Source: Moniliella sp. 'wahieum' (Eukaryota). From it: a DNA stretch of 64,000 nucleotides. The translations under genes were made by a program, and so were the position numbers. This document shows, piece after piece, positions 1-11,905 of the stretch (positions within the stretch are counted from its first letter, which is position 1; every line of letters starts with the position of its first letter). Location of the stretch: positions 1-64,000 of the forward strand of contig RSEE01000061.1 in the NCBI GenBank assembly GCA_003971905.1, given 5' to 3'. The notes under the pieces were generated by a model, which was not told the DNA's origin, did not search any database, and was given only the letters and a program-made list of their open reading frames with translations.

Positions 1-1078
1 ACGTTCAACTTTGAGAGCATTCTCCAAGCCCACGATAGCGCTGTGCGTGCTTTCGAATGGTCTCACACGGGACTGGCTCGTATCAGGGGACAGGGGGGAT
101 GCTCAAATATTAACTGAACATGAACAATGTCCAGGCATTCCAAGGCTCCGAAAATGCCATTCGCGGCATCTCCTTCAGCCCGACAATGGCCGATTCGTCA
201 CGGCTTCAGATGATGCGAAGCTGCGTATCTGGGGATTTGAAGAGGCACGCGAAGAACAGAGCCTGACGGGCCACCAATGGGACGTCAAGTGCGTTGATTG
301 GCACCCCACGCGAGGGTTGATTGTGTCGGGCTCCAAGGACAACCTGGTCAAGTTTTGGGATCCTCGTTCGGGTTCCAACCTGGGTACACTTAGCTCCCAC
401 AAGCAAACCATCCAGGCCATCAGCTGGGGCGGTCCGGGTAACGATTTGATCGTTTCGGCCTCGCGCGATCGGCTGCTCAAGGTCTGGGACATTCGTGCTA
501 TGAAAGAACTTTACACACTTCGGGGCCACCAAGACGAAGTGAACAGTACGCATTGCTTTCTGTTTCCTGTCTGCACATCCTTTCCTGACTGACTGACTGA
601 CCGACTTCGATCGTTCCAGGCGTTGCATGGCACCCTATCCACCGCGACCTGCTTGTCTCCGGTGACGCTAGCGGCGGCATGCAATACTGGCTGCTCAGCA
701 GTACCAACCCTGAACGTCCTCTGTATAGTGAGGAGATGGCACACGACTCGAACATTTGGTCTCTGCCTGGCACCCCTTGGGCCATATCTTGGCCAGCGGC
801 AGCAACGACCATACCACCCGCTTCTGGTGCCGCGCACGCCCCGAGAACCCATTGACTCCCGTCAAGGGCAAGGATCCTTCTGCTACTGAAGGAGGCGGCC
901 GCATATGACGGATTCGCACCAGAGGGATCAATTCGCTATGCGCGAGCACCGCGATGGCAATGGTCCCGGTGGCGGTGGATATCGCTCCTATCGTCCCATG
1001 GGCGACGGGCCGGGTGGGGCGGGGGGAGGGCCTTCTCGTTGGGGTAACTACAACCGTCCCAGAAGGCAAGATTACTAG
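1..1078 (+). CDS. PFS2: Polyadenylation factor subunit 2 (WDR33/Pfs2 WD40 protein), 5'-truncated by window edge
   Basis: WD40 repeats [12 protein letters not shown] / [35 protein letters not shown] / [14 protein letters not shown]. Intron 546-619 (GTACGC...CTGAC...CAG) leads into [15 protein letters not shown]. Several frameshifts; stop approximate. Confidence 0.88.
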
Positions 1079-1378
1079 TTGGGTTGCGTCAGCTGTGACT
1101 ACGCCTTGCTTGACTATCTTTTTCTCTATTTGTTTCCGCTCTTGTGACCAAATGAAAAAGGGTTGGTGACAGACTTTGCATTCCACTATCCTCTCCCATA
1201 GGAGACACCGCGCCGACAGGTTGGAAAACAAGATCATGACCAAAGAGAATGGAATTGGAGACCGCGTCGACGAAACCACGTCCACCAGCTTAGTTGCTGC
1301 ATCTCCATCAGAGGGGGCGGGAAAGGCAGAGAACGGAGCATCACGACATGTATGCGCCGGCCATCGCCTCTGGGGAAG

Positions 1379-3732
1379 TTACTGACGTCCGTAAGAAGCA
1401 TTGCCACCAGTCAGAAAGGCCATCAGATCCGCAGCTGACGCGGGGTGACCCGGGTTGCTAGGCGAATGGTTAATGAAGTCGCGGGAGGATGGCCAGTCGG
1501 CGGTGGCGGGCCTTGTCCCCAGGGATGAGGCTGACGTGGATCCGCTTCCAATCCCGGAGGGGGAGGACGGGCTCCCCCAGGTCCTTGAGGTGGGGGGGGA
1601 AGCCCTTCCAACCGGGTGGAGGCTGCAGATGCGGCGGCAACATCATGGGCACACCGCCAGGACCAGGAACCATACCATGGTTGCCCATCATAGCCGGCAT
1701 CATTTGGGGTGGGAAGCCAGGGGGCATGTTTCCAGGCCCGGGGGGCACGGTTTGGCCGTGGCTCATAAGCATGGCCGGGTCAGCTTCAACGCGGGCAGAG
1801 TAGGGGTCGTACATCGCTGGACCGTTTGGACGCGATGGAGGAGGCATCCCCTCAGGCGGGAAAAAGTTCGGTGGAAAGCCGAACTGGGTAGGCAGCCCAG
1901 GGGCTCCCACTCCGGGCGGTCCTTGAACCATGGGGAAGACAGGACCCGAGGTATGGTCATGTAGACCAAGAGGGATCGGGCCGGTACGCATGCTGTGCGC
2001 CCGACTGTGAGCCGCGCTCGGGACGGATGATGACGCAGGCGAGGTCGCATCTCGCGAGGGGGGGAGGACATCGGTCATGAGCGAATGAGCATTCGGCTGA
2101 CTCGTACGGTTGGCAGCGCTAACATTGTTACCCGGCAGCAACGTGTTGTCCTGATATTCTTGGCGGTGCGCTCCTTGAGTAGGGGGTGCCAAACCGGGCG
2201 GGGCCGGAGCCGGAGCCGGAGACATGTTGCTTGCCCCACCAGCCGAGCCAGCAAGCATAGCGAGCACTTTAGCCATACTGGCTTGGTCATCCGAGCCAGG
2301 GGCAGTCGTGGGTGCGGCAGGAGTTGGGGCGGTGTTTGGGACCGGATTCGGCGGAGGGTTAGTGCTGGATAGGTTGACCGTACCAAACAGAGCGGCCAAG
2401 TCCAGCTGTGGAGTGGTAGCAGATTCAGGCACAGGCTTCGTTTGAGGCTCGGCCAGGGAAGGCGCGTGTGCCGCTTGTGTGGGCGATGGAGCCGAGGCAG
2501 AAGTGGTGTCAAAGAAACGTGCAAAGCGAGAAGAACGCCCCGTAGAAGGAACAGGAGCCGTGTCGGTGGGGGAATGTCTCGCTTGCCCGTCGAGCGTGTG
2601 TCCGATTCGAATGAATCATCGCCTTTGGGCCTAAATTCAAGCCTGGGGGTGGGCCACTAGGTTTGGAAAGCCCAGGGGGAGGACCAGCCGGCTTAGCCAA
2701 CCCGGGGGGCGCACCAGCAACCCCCTTCTGAGTGCGCTCGGCTTCGCGCATCGCGGCTTTGAATGCTTGGATGTCGTCCATACCGCCAGACATGGCCGGG
2801 CCAGTGCTCAAAGGATCTTCGTCCATCCATGAAGGGACATTTTCCTGCTGTTTGCGGCCCGGGCGATTTATAGTGGGGCGGCGCCAGTCGGAAGCGGCGT
2901 CGGCCGTGTTATCCCGTGTCGGGTGGCCGTGGTGATTGTGATGCTCGTCTCCTTCGTCGACATCCGCCCCACGCCTACGGGGGCCGCCGGCACGGCGTTC
3001 ACTAGCTGCAGCCGTTTTGAAGTTGGCCGTAGGAAAGCCATGGACACGACCTGTGAGAGGATGTCAATAGGTTAGGACAGAAAGTAACCCTGGAATTGGC
3101 TCAACGTACCATCCCGTTCGCTCTCATCATGTGGGCCATGGGCATGGAAGTGGCGCTTCGGGTTCCCGTACCCACCGTCTCCGCCTTCGGCACGCGGAGG
3201 ACGGTATGAAGGGACACTGCGGTTGTTGCTCTGGGAGTTGGGAAAGGCGCCATACCAGACATGGAATGGAACCGTGTCGGGTGGAGCGGCAAGGGCGTGT
3301 GGCTCGCCCGGAAGGGGACCGGAAAGGTCGAGTAGGGCTTGAATGGTATAGCGTACTCGACTGGTCGGCTGATGTGGGGGGCGTTTGGAAGCCGATAAGA
3401 CAAATGCAGGTACAGCAGGGGGCTTGGAGACTTGGGGGGACGGCGATTTGCCGCCGGTCAGGCTTGCGTCGGTGGGGTTCCAGGAGGTTGCGGGGGAGGC
3501 AGGGTTGGTGTCGTCAGATGGGGGCGGGCCTCGTCCTGCACGCGGAATGTTGAGCGGGACGGAGGGGAGCGGGCACCAGAAGACGTGGAAGGAGGGGTAC
3601 GGCCGATGCCGAGGCCGCTGCCGATACCGAGGCCGGGTGGGGGCGGAGGGCACCGGCTGCCGGAAGCGTGTCAGCAGCACGAGCGGCTCGGAAGAGAGGG
3701 GATGGCGCACCTGCTGCACTGGAAGGGGGCAT
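1379..3732 (-). CDS. Pro/Gly-rich low-complexity protein with canonical eIF4E-binding motif (Eap1/4E-T-like candidate)
   Basis: Chain of overlapping minus-strand ORFs (3072-3719, 2509-2826, 1470-2432) joined by an intron near 3052-3109 and frameshifts. Contains RVRYTIQALLDL (YxxxxL-phi) at 3330-3350 and a VPSWM...DDIQAFKAAMRE segment. Confidence 0.6.
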
Positions 3733-4429
3733 CGCGGCCGAGGGTTGCTCTATGAGCCCGGTGGTGGTGGTGAGGTTCGATAAGACGCAGACACCTGCTT
3801 GCTGGCTAGGAATATGTCGGCAAAGCAAAGCAAAGCGAGGCGAGGTGAAGCAGCTGTCCGGCAAGGCAAGGTGGAGGTGGTCCAGGGTGGCCAGCGCAGC
3901 CCCTGCTCTGCCTGCCCCCGCGCCCACCTTGGGCAACCCTACTTCTTGCACAACCATCAGACGCATGGCGCCTGTCTTGGGGCGCTCCACCTTGCGGCCG
4001 AGGCAGCAGCCCAGAGACACTCTGCGTCTTCTGCGGCCGCACAGCGCCAGTCCCCTCCCAAGAAGTACCACATCGTCTGCCCTCGCTGGGGACGGCCTGC
4101 AGAGAGCCCCACCGACCACAGCGGCCATCGATGAGAGCCTGATACTGTGTAATAGTGTGTATCGATTGTGCATCCATATTGGATCGATGATCGAATATCG
4201 ATACTACCGACCATGGGCCAGAGCAGGCACGCAGCAGCCCATAAGATTGCAGGGCCTGACGGCAACTTCAACCTCATGGAATTGGCACCGTTGCAAGGCC
4301 AACATATGCACCGTACGCAGTAAACGAGAAAGGCCATCTGCTTTACACTTACACTCTTGCGCGTGAATTGATCTACCAAGTGACATCCAATGTATATCAT
4401 GCTACTGCTTTCCAAATGGTAAACATCGC

Positions 4430-5166
4430 CTACTTTTGTGCGAGAATTGCAGCGATCAATCGCTGGTCCCCATCGGCCATGGGCGCTGAAGGCGACGAAT
4501 CTGAAATATCCGAGGGAGAGGCGAATCGAGCAACATCTCGCAATGCAGCAGCTAGATCAACCCAGGCTTGCTCTTCCAATCGCAGCGCACTCAAGCTCAA
4601 AGCTGCATCTTCGGGGGAGCAGACGAATGGGGTCTGCGAGTGAGGAGGGGGTACCAGGCGATTGAACCGTCGAGGCGGCGCTCAAAGCACGCTGAAGCAA
4701 AGCGAAGTCCACTGGCGCTGGATCTGATACACCCAATGAGCCAGTCGCACGAGCCTCCGAGCTCACATTCGGCGTAAGCGGCACCACGTTGGCTTGCCGC
4801 AACTGAGCAATGGCCGTTTTGAGCACAGTCTGTACATCGTTGACTGTAACGAGCCATTGCTGAGCCTTCTCCTCAAACACATCTGTGTCCGCCTCAGGAA
4901 CTTCGGCGCCATCACCAGGGATAAGTGAAGCAATGGTGTCGCCCGCATGCGCCAGGAGCGATACCAATTGCTATCCAGTTAGACAACCTCGGTCAGCCCT
5001 AGACGTGTACAAGCAGGCAGATACTTACAGTTTCGCAATCCCGTAACCTCAGAAGCGTCTGGGTCACCTCGACATCCCATGCCCATGACCTTCTCTCCGA
5101 TTCCCCATGGCTATCCCCCACTTCCGGGTGCTCAGGAATGAGTGGGACTGCAACGGATGGCTCCAT
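4430..5166 (-). CDS. MED11: Mediator complex subunit Med11-like protein
   Basis: MEPSVAVP...EVTQTLLRLRDCET, GTAAGT intron, then QLVSLLAHAGDTIASL...FEEKAQQWLVTVNDVQTVLKTAIAQLRQA and C-terminal LSLSALRLEEQAWVDLAAAL. The helical pattern resembles fungal Med11 (recalled, not searched). One frameshift. Confidence 0.6.
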
Positions 5167-5736
5167 GGCGATCGTGGTGGTTCCACAGCGATTTAAACAA
5201 ACTGCATGTCACTCCAGGGTCGCATGTAGAATTGAAGTACGTAAGATGACGAAAGCTGACATGATTGCACGTGCACAACACAAATACCACAAGCAGAACG
5301 CTCAACATTTCAGGCAGCTAAGGCAGTGCCACGTTTAGGGTTGTGTGGATTAATTGCGCCGATAGGAAGGGATCTACAGTGTTCCCGTGCGTTGAGCTGC
5401 CTGCTCGAGGCACGAGGCCAGTGATATCCGTTCGGTCCAGCGTTCTAGGCGCGCTAGGGCTTCTTCCCAATGCCGAGCTCGATCGTGAACTCGTGACAAC
5501 ACCAAGCCATCGGTCTCCAGGTAAGCACACATACTCCACGCGTCCCCTCAACACCCCAGATGGGTCAATTGTTACGGCCTAGGTTGCTCACTGGGATTTG
5601 CGTCCGCTTTGACGGACCATCGGTTGTGGGCACCCTTCGTGGACAATTCGAGCAATGACGCTTTCATGACCTACTGGTCAAAGTGGATGGCCTGCAGATG
5701 CTAACCGTCCTTCTGGGTGTGTTGCAGTACGCCACG

Positions 5737-6318
5737 ATGCTGCAGATCTACAAGGACATCGAGATCCCCGTCCCCGCCGACGTTGAGGTCAAGGTGGCCT
5801 CCCGCGATGTGTGGGTCAAAGGTCCTCGCGGCGAGCTGAGCAAGTCGCTCAAGCACCTGAACATGGAGATTCGTCTGGTTAAGGACGCCAAGAGCACCAA
5901 GGTCCGCTTCGTCGTCTGGCACGGTGGCCGCAAGCACGTTGCTTGCCTCCGCACTGCTGCCTCGGTTGTGGCCAACATGATCAAGGGCGTGACGAAGGGC
6001 TTCCAGTACAAGGTCCGCGCCGTGTACGCCCATTTCCCCGTCAACCTTATCATTTCCGGTGACAAGCGGGCTGTTGAGATCCGCAACTTCCTTGGTGAGA
6101 AGCGTGTTCGCCACGTGCCTATGCGCGAGGGTGTGACTATCACCGAGGACAAGGCCCAGAAGGACCAGGTGCTGATTGAGGGCAACGACATCAACGCTGT
6201 GTCCCAGTCGGCTGCCGACATGCACGGTGCCTGCCTTGTCCGCAACAAGGATATCCGTAAGTTCTTGGACGGTCTCTACGTCTCGGCCAAGGGCACTATC
6301 GTCCAGGACGATGAATAA
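5737..6318 (+). CDS. RPL9: 60S ribosomal protein L9 (uL6)
   Basis: Intact ORF MLQIYKDIEIPVP...VKGPRG...GFQYKVRAVYAHFPVN...IRNFLGEK...KDIRKFLDGLYVS. A 5'-UTR intron at 5521-5727 (GTAAGC...GCTAAC...CAG) ends 9 nt before the ATG. Confidence 0.97.
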   Translation: MLQIYKDIEIPVPADVEVKVASRDVWVKGPRGELSKSLKHLNMEIRLVKDAKSTKVRFVVWHGGRKHVACLRTAASVVANMIKGVTKGFQYKVRAVYAHFPVNLIISGDKRAVEIRNFLGEKRVRHVPMREGVTITEDKAQKDQVLIEGNDINAVSQSAADMHGACLVRNKDIRKFLDGLYVSAKGTIVQDDE

Positions 6319-6639
6319 ATGGGTCGCATCCTCATTTGCTATTCCAATCTCGCCTCGTCCAGCTTACTCTCTCTCAGCTGGCTTGGGTCCTATTCGTCTT
6401 GTGTCATATGGGATGCCTTCATTAGCTTGCGCAACCTATGATCTTGCAATTCTTGCAGTTGAGCCCGCCGCAGGACGGGTTGGGCCGTAAGACGCCCATA
6501 TCTTGCTGTCGCTTTCTCGGCGATATCACCTCTTAACTGAGCTTATGCATGTATGACTCCACATGGTTTGCCACCTAACTTGAGCCTACACTTGTCTATC
6601 AACGGGCTCAACTACTATCGCCAAGGAGATAATCTTGCT

Positions 6640-7130
6640 GCCACCTCGGCAGGAGGGAACGACCACAGATAAAGAGCACTTTGTTAGCCAGGATCGGAGG
6701 TCTCTGGCAAAAAACAGCAAAGCACAAGATAACAGAAGTCACTTCTCCAAGTTCTTGTAGTTGTTCTTGGCCATGATTTCGAAGTGCTGTACAGGCTCTT
6801 CTCCTGTGGAAGATGACTGCACCAGTTTTAACCTTGTGATCTTTGACATCGACCTTGTTGCCGCAAAAAGAATGGGATCGTTCGGCGCTCCATGTCAAAG
6901 TGCCTGTTGGGTGCATCCTTGTAGGCGACGCGCAAACTAACAATATTTATGGTGATGCCACTGCACCTCAAGTGTAGTAGCCGTCACACGCATCACATGG
7001 GCTACCGAACTTGTATTGGCTGATGGCGGCCTACACATTGAAAACAACTATGCAACCCAACTTTGGACTGGAAAGAGACGAGTCTCGACACCAACTGCGT
7101 GGGTTCGAGCATCAAGGCTTGGTCAGGGTT
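6640..7130 (-). pseudogene. GSP1: Decayed, 5'-truncated copy of Ran GTPase (GSP1/RAN)
   Basis: Minus-strand fragments read GVE, VFNV*AAISQYKFGS...DGYYT*G, GITINIVSLRVAYKDAPNRHFDMER, FCGNKVDVKDHKVKTGAVIFHR and QHFEIMAKNNYKNLEK. They are colinear with Ran [20 protein letters not shown] / [23 protein letters not shown] / CGNKVDVK / EISAKSNYNFEK. Premature stops and many substitutions at normally invariant residues. Confidence 0.88.
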
Positions 7131-7384
7131 GCGCGTGGGTTGAGCATTGAGTGAGGGAATAGGGCTGAGAATGACCTAGCAACTAGGACTAGGTATGCGG
7201 CACTCCCAATATGTTGTCCGTCCCACTACATCGAGATAGACCTTGATGCAATACGCGATTACGAGCTCTAGCGGACAATGCAGGGATGGGCATGCCCGAT
7301 CCAGGTAATGGATGATATGTATGTATGGGTCCAAGCACAGAATAGAAGGGTGTTCGCACAGTAATCTCCAATATCCAATGTAGT

Positions 7385-8821
7385 TCATCCATCAATCGGG
7401 GTGAGGCGAACATCCCGGCCCTTTTCCGATTGGGTTCGCAAGTCGTACTCGCCATTTTGGGTAATGTAACGCACCCATGCTGTATACGATCAAGGCAAGT
7501 CAGTACTCGGAACATGCCCAGCAGCAAAAGGGAAATAACGTACGCAGGGCTTGGTATCCGATTTTTCCACCACTTTGAGGTACCGCACCTGGATGCCCGA
7601 CACAGTGAAATAGGGAATCTCAAATTTGACGCTCAGTGGCGGCCGCGCTCCATCGTGTCCTCGCTCTTCACGCTGGGAAGACCAAAGTGAGCCCGCATCA
7701 AGAACTCTTTCCACCTGCCAGCTGCTTAATCTTCCATATCATCGCCGATTTTTCCGGGGCATAGCTCACTGAGCCCACCCCTGCCTTGAAACGGGGCGAG
7801 TCGGCATCATCGGGCACAGGGATGATAACCTCCACATTGTTGGCCGTAGAACGGCGTTTGAACTGCGCCTTAACCTTGACCAAAACTCAATTCGGCTTCC
7901 TTCGTGGCGCTCAATCAACGCCTCAGCCCAAATCAGAGGCTTAACCTGCGTTGAGAGACGATAGACATGAGCTCGAATTCGCCGTCAGGTGGGATGAAAC
8001 TGATCGTGCGGTCGTTCTCGAAACGCGACAGGCGAACACACTGATGGAACTTGACATCCTCCATTTCCACTGCCTTGCCCCGGGCTGTCCTTCCCGTTGA
8101 CTCGAACATCGCCTTGTCGTTGAGCCCCAAGCGCAGTTCCGGCATACCACTCAAATAGCACTTCATTTTGACAGCACCCAGAATCTCGGACCGCACCACA
8201 TTGCCATTTGCATTGACCAGTAGGTTGACCGACTCCACGACGTCGAGGAACACTTCATTTTTGCGGTACCGGATCCCTTCCGATCGCCACGACACAGCAT
8301 TGGTGAGTGCAATGGGAGGGCGAGCCTGGACTTCGAGTTGGTGCGATTCCTGGGTAATGTACTCTTGAAGGATCTTCGACTCGGTGGTCTGGGGGCAGCC
8401 AAAGTCCATCATCTCGTCAAGCAACTCATAAATGACAACAAAGTTGTCGCGGATCGACTCTTCCTCGAGCTCTTTGAAGTACTCCTCGAGCACCGAAGCG
8501 AGCTTGTGGAGGAAGACGATGATTTCGGACGCGTTCGAGTTCCTGCGGGAGAGGGCGAGCACTAGCCAGAGGTATGTGAGCTGATTGAAAACATGTCAAA
8601 AAGAAAGATCAACGTACAGTAGAGATTGTTGTGTCGGATGTACATGTAATTGATGCCTTCGTTGCTGAAGCAGGGCGGCACAGCGCTTCCGCCCGCCCAT
8701 CTTCAAGGTCCAGCAGGAGAGGGAGGAAACGCTCCACGGCAGAGGCGGCCACATCGTCGCGATAGGAGCGCTGAATGAGCGACTTGCCCTTAATGTCGAC
8801 AATGGCAATCAGCGACGCCAT
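7385..8821 (-). CDS. APM1: AP-1 adaptor complex medium (mu1) subunit
   Basis: MASLIAIVDIKGKSLIQRSY; LEEESIRDNFVVIYELLDEMMDFG; NAVSWRSEGIRYRKNEVFLDVVESVN; LSGMPELRLGLNDK; DVKFHQCVRL; VKFEIPYFTVSGIQVRYLKV; WVRYITQNGEY. Introns near 8.6 kb and 7.5 kb; frameshifts. Confidence 0.95.
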
Positions 8822-9573
8822 ATTTGCCGCCGAGGTTGTCCGCCTGCCACGAAACGCGATCTGTTCAGGCGAGGATGGTAGTTGTTTGTCGATGCGAGCG
8901 TTTTGCAGAGCTGCGTCTCGAACGGGCACAGCCGCCTCGGCCGAGCGAAAGGCACCTCACTTGGGGCACACGCAGGCCCCACAACACTGTCCCGGGGCTG
9001 GCGAGAAGCCCCGACCCATTAGCTCAGCCTCGCTGTTAAACGTTAAATGTTCAAACACAGGGCTCCTTTCACATTTCAGGGCCATGGGTTGTGAGCCAGC
9101 AGCACTGCCAATCCAATAACGCCCAACCGTACTATACTGGCTCCCATGCTGCTCCAGGCCCCATCTGCTGCACCCCACGACCGTCCGGGTTCTGTACAGG
9201 AGAATCCAAAAAGCAGGCCATTAGCGTCGCCAGAATGCCGTTGTTCTGTCAAGTTTCCAGTGGTCTCCGTATTGCAGGTAGGGCGACATGACTTGACGTG
9301 CCGATCTCTTGGGAGCGCGGCACTTTTGGACTATAGTCGTAGCGCGCGAGAACCATACCTCCTATTTAGTGGGGTACACTGCCCACGGCAGTGTACAAGC
9401 CTTAGTACCTCAGCCGAGTCGTGCCAGTCGTTGTAATTCTGTCTCTAGCCCTGAACCTGGCACCTAAGCAAATGTTTAGCAACGTTACGAGATGAAGAGA
9501 TGCATCAATCTTCATCATATTCTTTTGAGGGCACAACCATCACATTTAGACGTATGAACGCCTCACGTTCGGC

Positions 9574-11561
9574 TCAAAGTTCCGCCTTGCTCGCGGCAAT
9601 GATGAGCGTCTTGTAGAACTGAACGCCCTTGACCAGGCCATCGATGACATAGTGTTCATTGACCGTGTGGACGCCCGACAGCGGCGTCTGATCGGCCCAC
9701 GGATCGACGCGGATGCTGGCAGGACCAAAGCGGAAGATGTGTTGGGTCACATCCCAGTACCACCGCGTGTCCGTGTTGCCTCCCATCACGGTGGGAATGA
9801 CCGTCACGTTCTCACCGTACAGGGAAACGGCCTGCTCGTCCCATACGGAGCGGATGACGGATCCCAACAAGGCAAAGGGAACGTCGGCTTGCGTCGCAGG
9901 CGTAGGTGGGGCCGGCGCAAGGGGTGTGAAGTCGAGCCAAGGTTTGACGACTGCATGGGCAATCGCCGGCTTTGGCACAGGGCAGGCAGAAGAGTTAAAG
10001 TCCTTTCCAAAAACGGTGAGGTTAATTGCCAAAGAGCAAGCCAGAGGTACCAGAGCGTCTTGGTATCCCTTTTGGATCTTGGGCACCGAATCGAGAGGAG
10101 CGATACGATGGTCAATAATCCCCTCACTCGTTTCGGGCAGCGCATTGACCTTGTGTCCTCCATGAATGATAGTGGCCGTACGGGTGGTGCGGAACGATAG
10201 GCTCAGCACGGGGTCGACACTGAGCGCCTTGGCTAGGGCCGCACGGGCCTTGTCCACACGCTTTGTAGCCTGCATAGAAAGGTCGAGACGGGAACCCAGC
10301 TTCCTTGCGCCTGACGGAGCAAACTCTTGTCAACCCCGCGGCCCGTTGGAGCCAGGAACGGTCAGTTGCGCCTGTGTAGTTTGGTTGCGAAGCCAAAGCC
10401 CACTCCAATTCGAGCATTAGTCCCTTGATAGACCAAGGCAGTTTGCTTCCCGTCGCAGCACACCGAAGCTGCCGGTAAGCTGAATCGTCTGGGGTCCCCA
10501 GAACTTGTGTCGCAAACGCAGGTGAGTCTTCCACGGCGGCGATCAGCCTGCCCAAGACACTAATGCCAGTGTGCTCATCAGGGAGGGAACTGTGGCCACC
10601 GCGAGCGGTAACCGAGATGCTGGTTTGCATCTGTCCCTTTTCTGACAAGGCAGGGCAGCCACCGGAGTGGCGCCAAGCGGATTGAGAGATCCAGGTCCCA
10701 TAACTGGCATGCCCTCGTCAACAATCATGGAAATGCCGTGGTGGCCATAGCGTTCGGCAATGAAGGGGCCGAGATGAGACGCGCCGTACTTTCCGGACGC
10801 TTCCTCGTCGTACCCAAATGAGATTAGCACGGTGCGCTCGGGTTGGTACTGAGCCTCCAACAAGGCCTCAATCGAGCTGAGAATCGAAATGACCCAGGCT
10901 TTGGCGTCGGTGGAACCGCGACCAAAAAGGACCGGCTCGCCCTTCGTCTTGTCAATGGTGCCCGAAAAGGGAGGGTAACGCCACTGATCGATCGTTGTGT
11001 TGTCAACAGGTACCACATCTTGGTGAGCCATAAGCAAGAGTGGCTTCAGACTGCTGTCCTTCCAGCCCAGGTGTAGAGGAGGCCGTGGCCGTGAACCAGC
11101 TCAAGGGTGATGGGACCATGTTTGTCATGAATGCGCGGGTAGGTAGCATGGAGGTGCTTACGGAAGGGTGCAAACTGACCCTCCCACAGGGCAGGATCTT
11201 CCTCGGGGCTCGGCCAGTTGTCATAAACATATGTCGGCACCTGCACCGCGGCAGATAGGCGCTGGGCTAATGTGTCGTTGTCGGGCTGCACCTTGTCGAT
11301 CGGGCTGACGAAACGTTCGGGCTGTGGGCACAGCTCTGTGGGGAACGGGCCCTTACTGGCGAGAAGGATGTCCACGCCGTCGGCATAGCGGAGGAGGCGC
11401 TCAGCGGCGCGGCCATTGAACAGAACGCAGGTGCTGGCGAACAGGAGGAGCGTCAGCAGCAGGGCTTTGGACGCTGAGCCTTGGCGATGAGCTCGAGGCG
11501 GGAACTGCTGCCGCTGGGGCAGGAGAGGCAACGCCTCCTTAGTGGGGGCAAAGGGCTTCAT
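9574..11561 (-). CDS. CPS1: Gly-Xaa carboxypeptidase S (M20A peptidase, type II membrane anchor)
   Basis: N-terminal TM segment LLLTLLLFASTCVLF; LMAHQDVVPV; GRGSTDAK; SFGYDEE; IVDEG; GGHSS; GGNTDTRWYW; HTVNE. Split over four ORFs by frameshifts. Confidence 0.9.
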
Positions 11562-11880
11562 TCGCACGCGCAGGCGAGAGAAGTTGGGTGGGGGTGGGGA
11601 TGGATGAGCAGTGCACAGGCCACCGCCTTAATAAAACGTTCAGCCTGAACCCTGAACTCGGGGCTCAGCCTATCTTCGCTCCTGCAAGGGCAGGGCATCT
11701 TCCCCACCTGGCAGCTGCTTGTTGTACGTAATCACTGGACACGGTGCTCGGTGCTCCGTTGCGCTGCCGGCGCTGCCTGCTCTTTCTGCTCTGTCTGCTC
11801 TGCCTGCTCCAGTACGAGGAACCAGAAGTAGGAACGAGAAACAACATGCGCTTACAGCGCTTATCTTGTACCGCCGATCA

Positions 11881-11905
11881 CATCATGCATCATGCATCAT
11901 GCATC
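11881..11905. repeat. Heptamer tandem repeat (CATCATG)3
   Basis: catcatgcatcatgcatcatgcatc read directly. Confidence 0.9.

Noticed and set aside
5701..6248. Long antisense ORFs opposite RPL9 (similar shadows opposite RPL17, RPS13, USP)
   Set aside because: These are codon-bias shadows of highly expressed GC3-rich genes.
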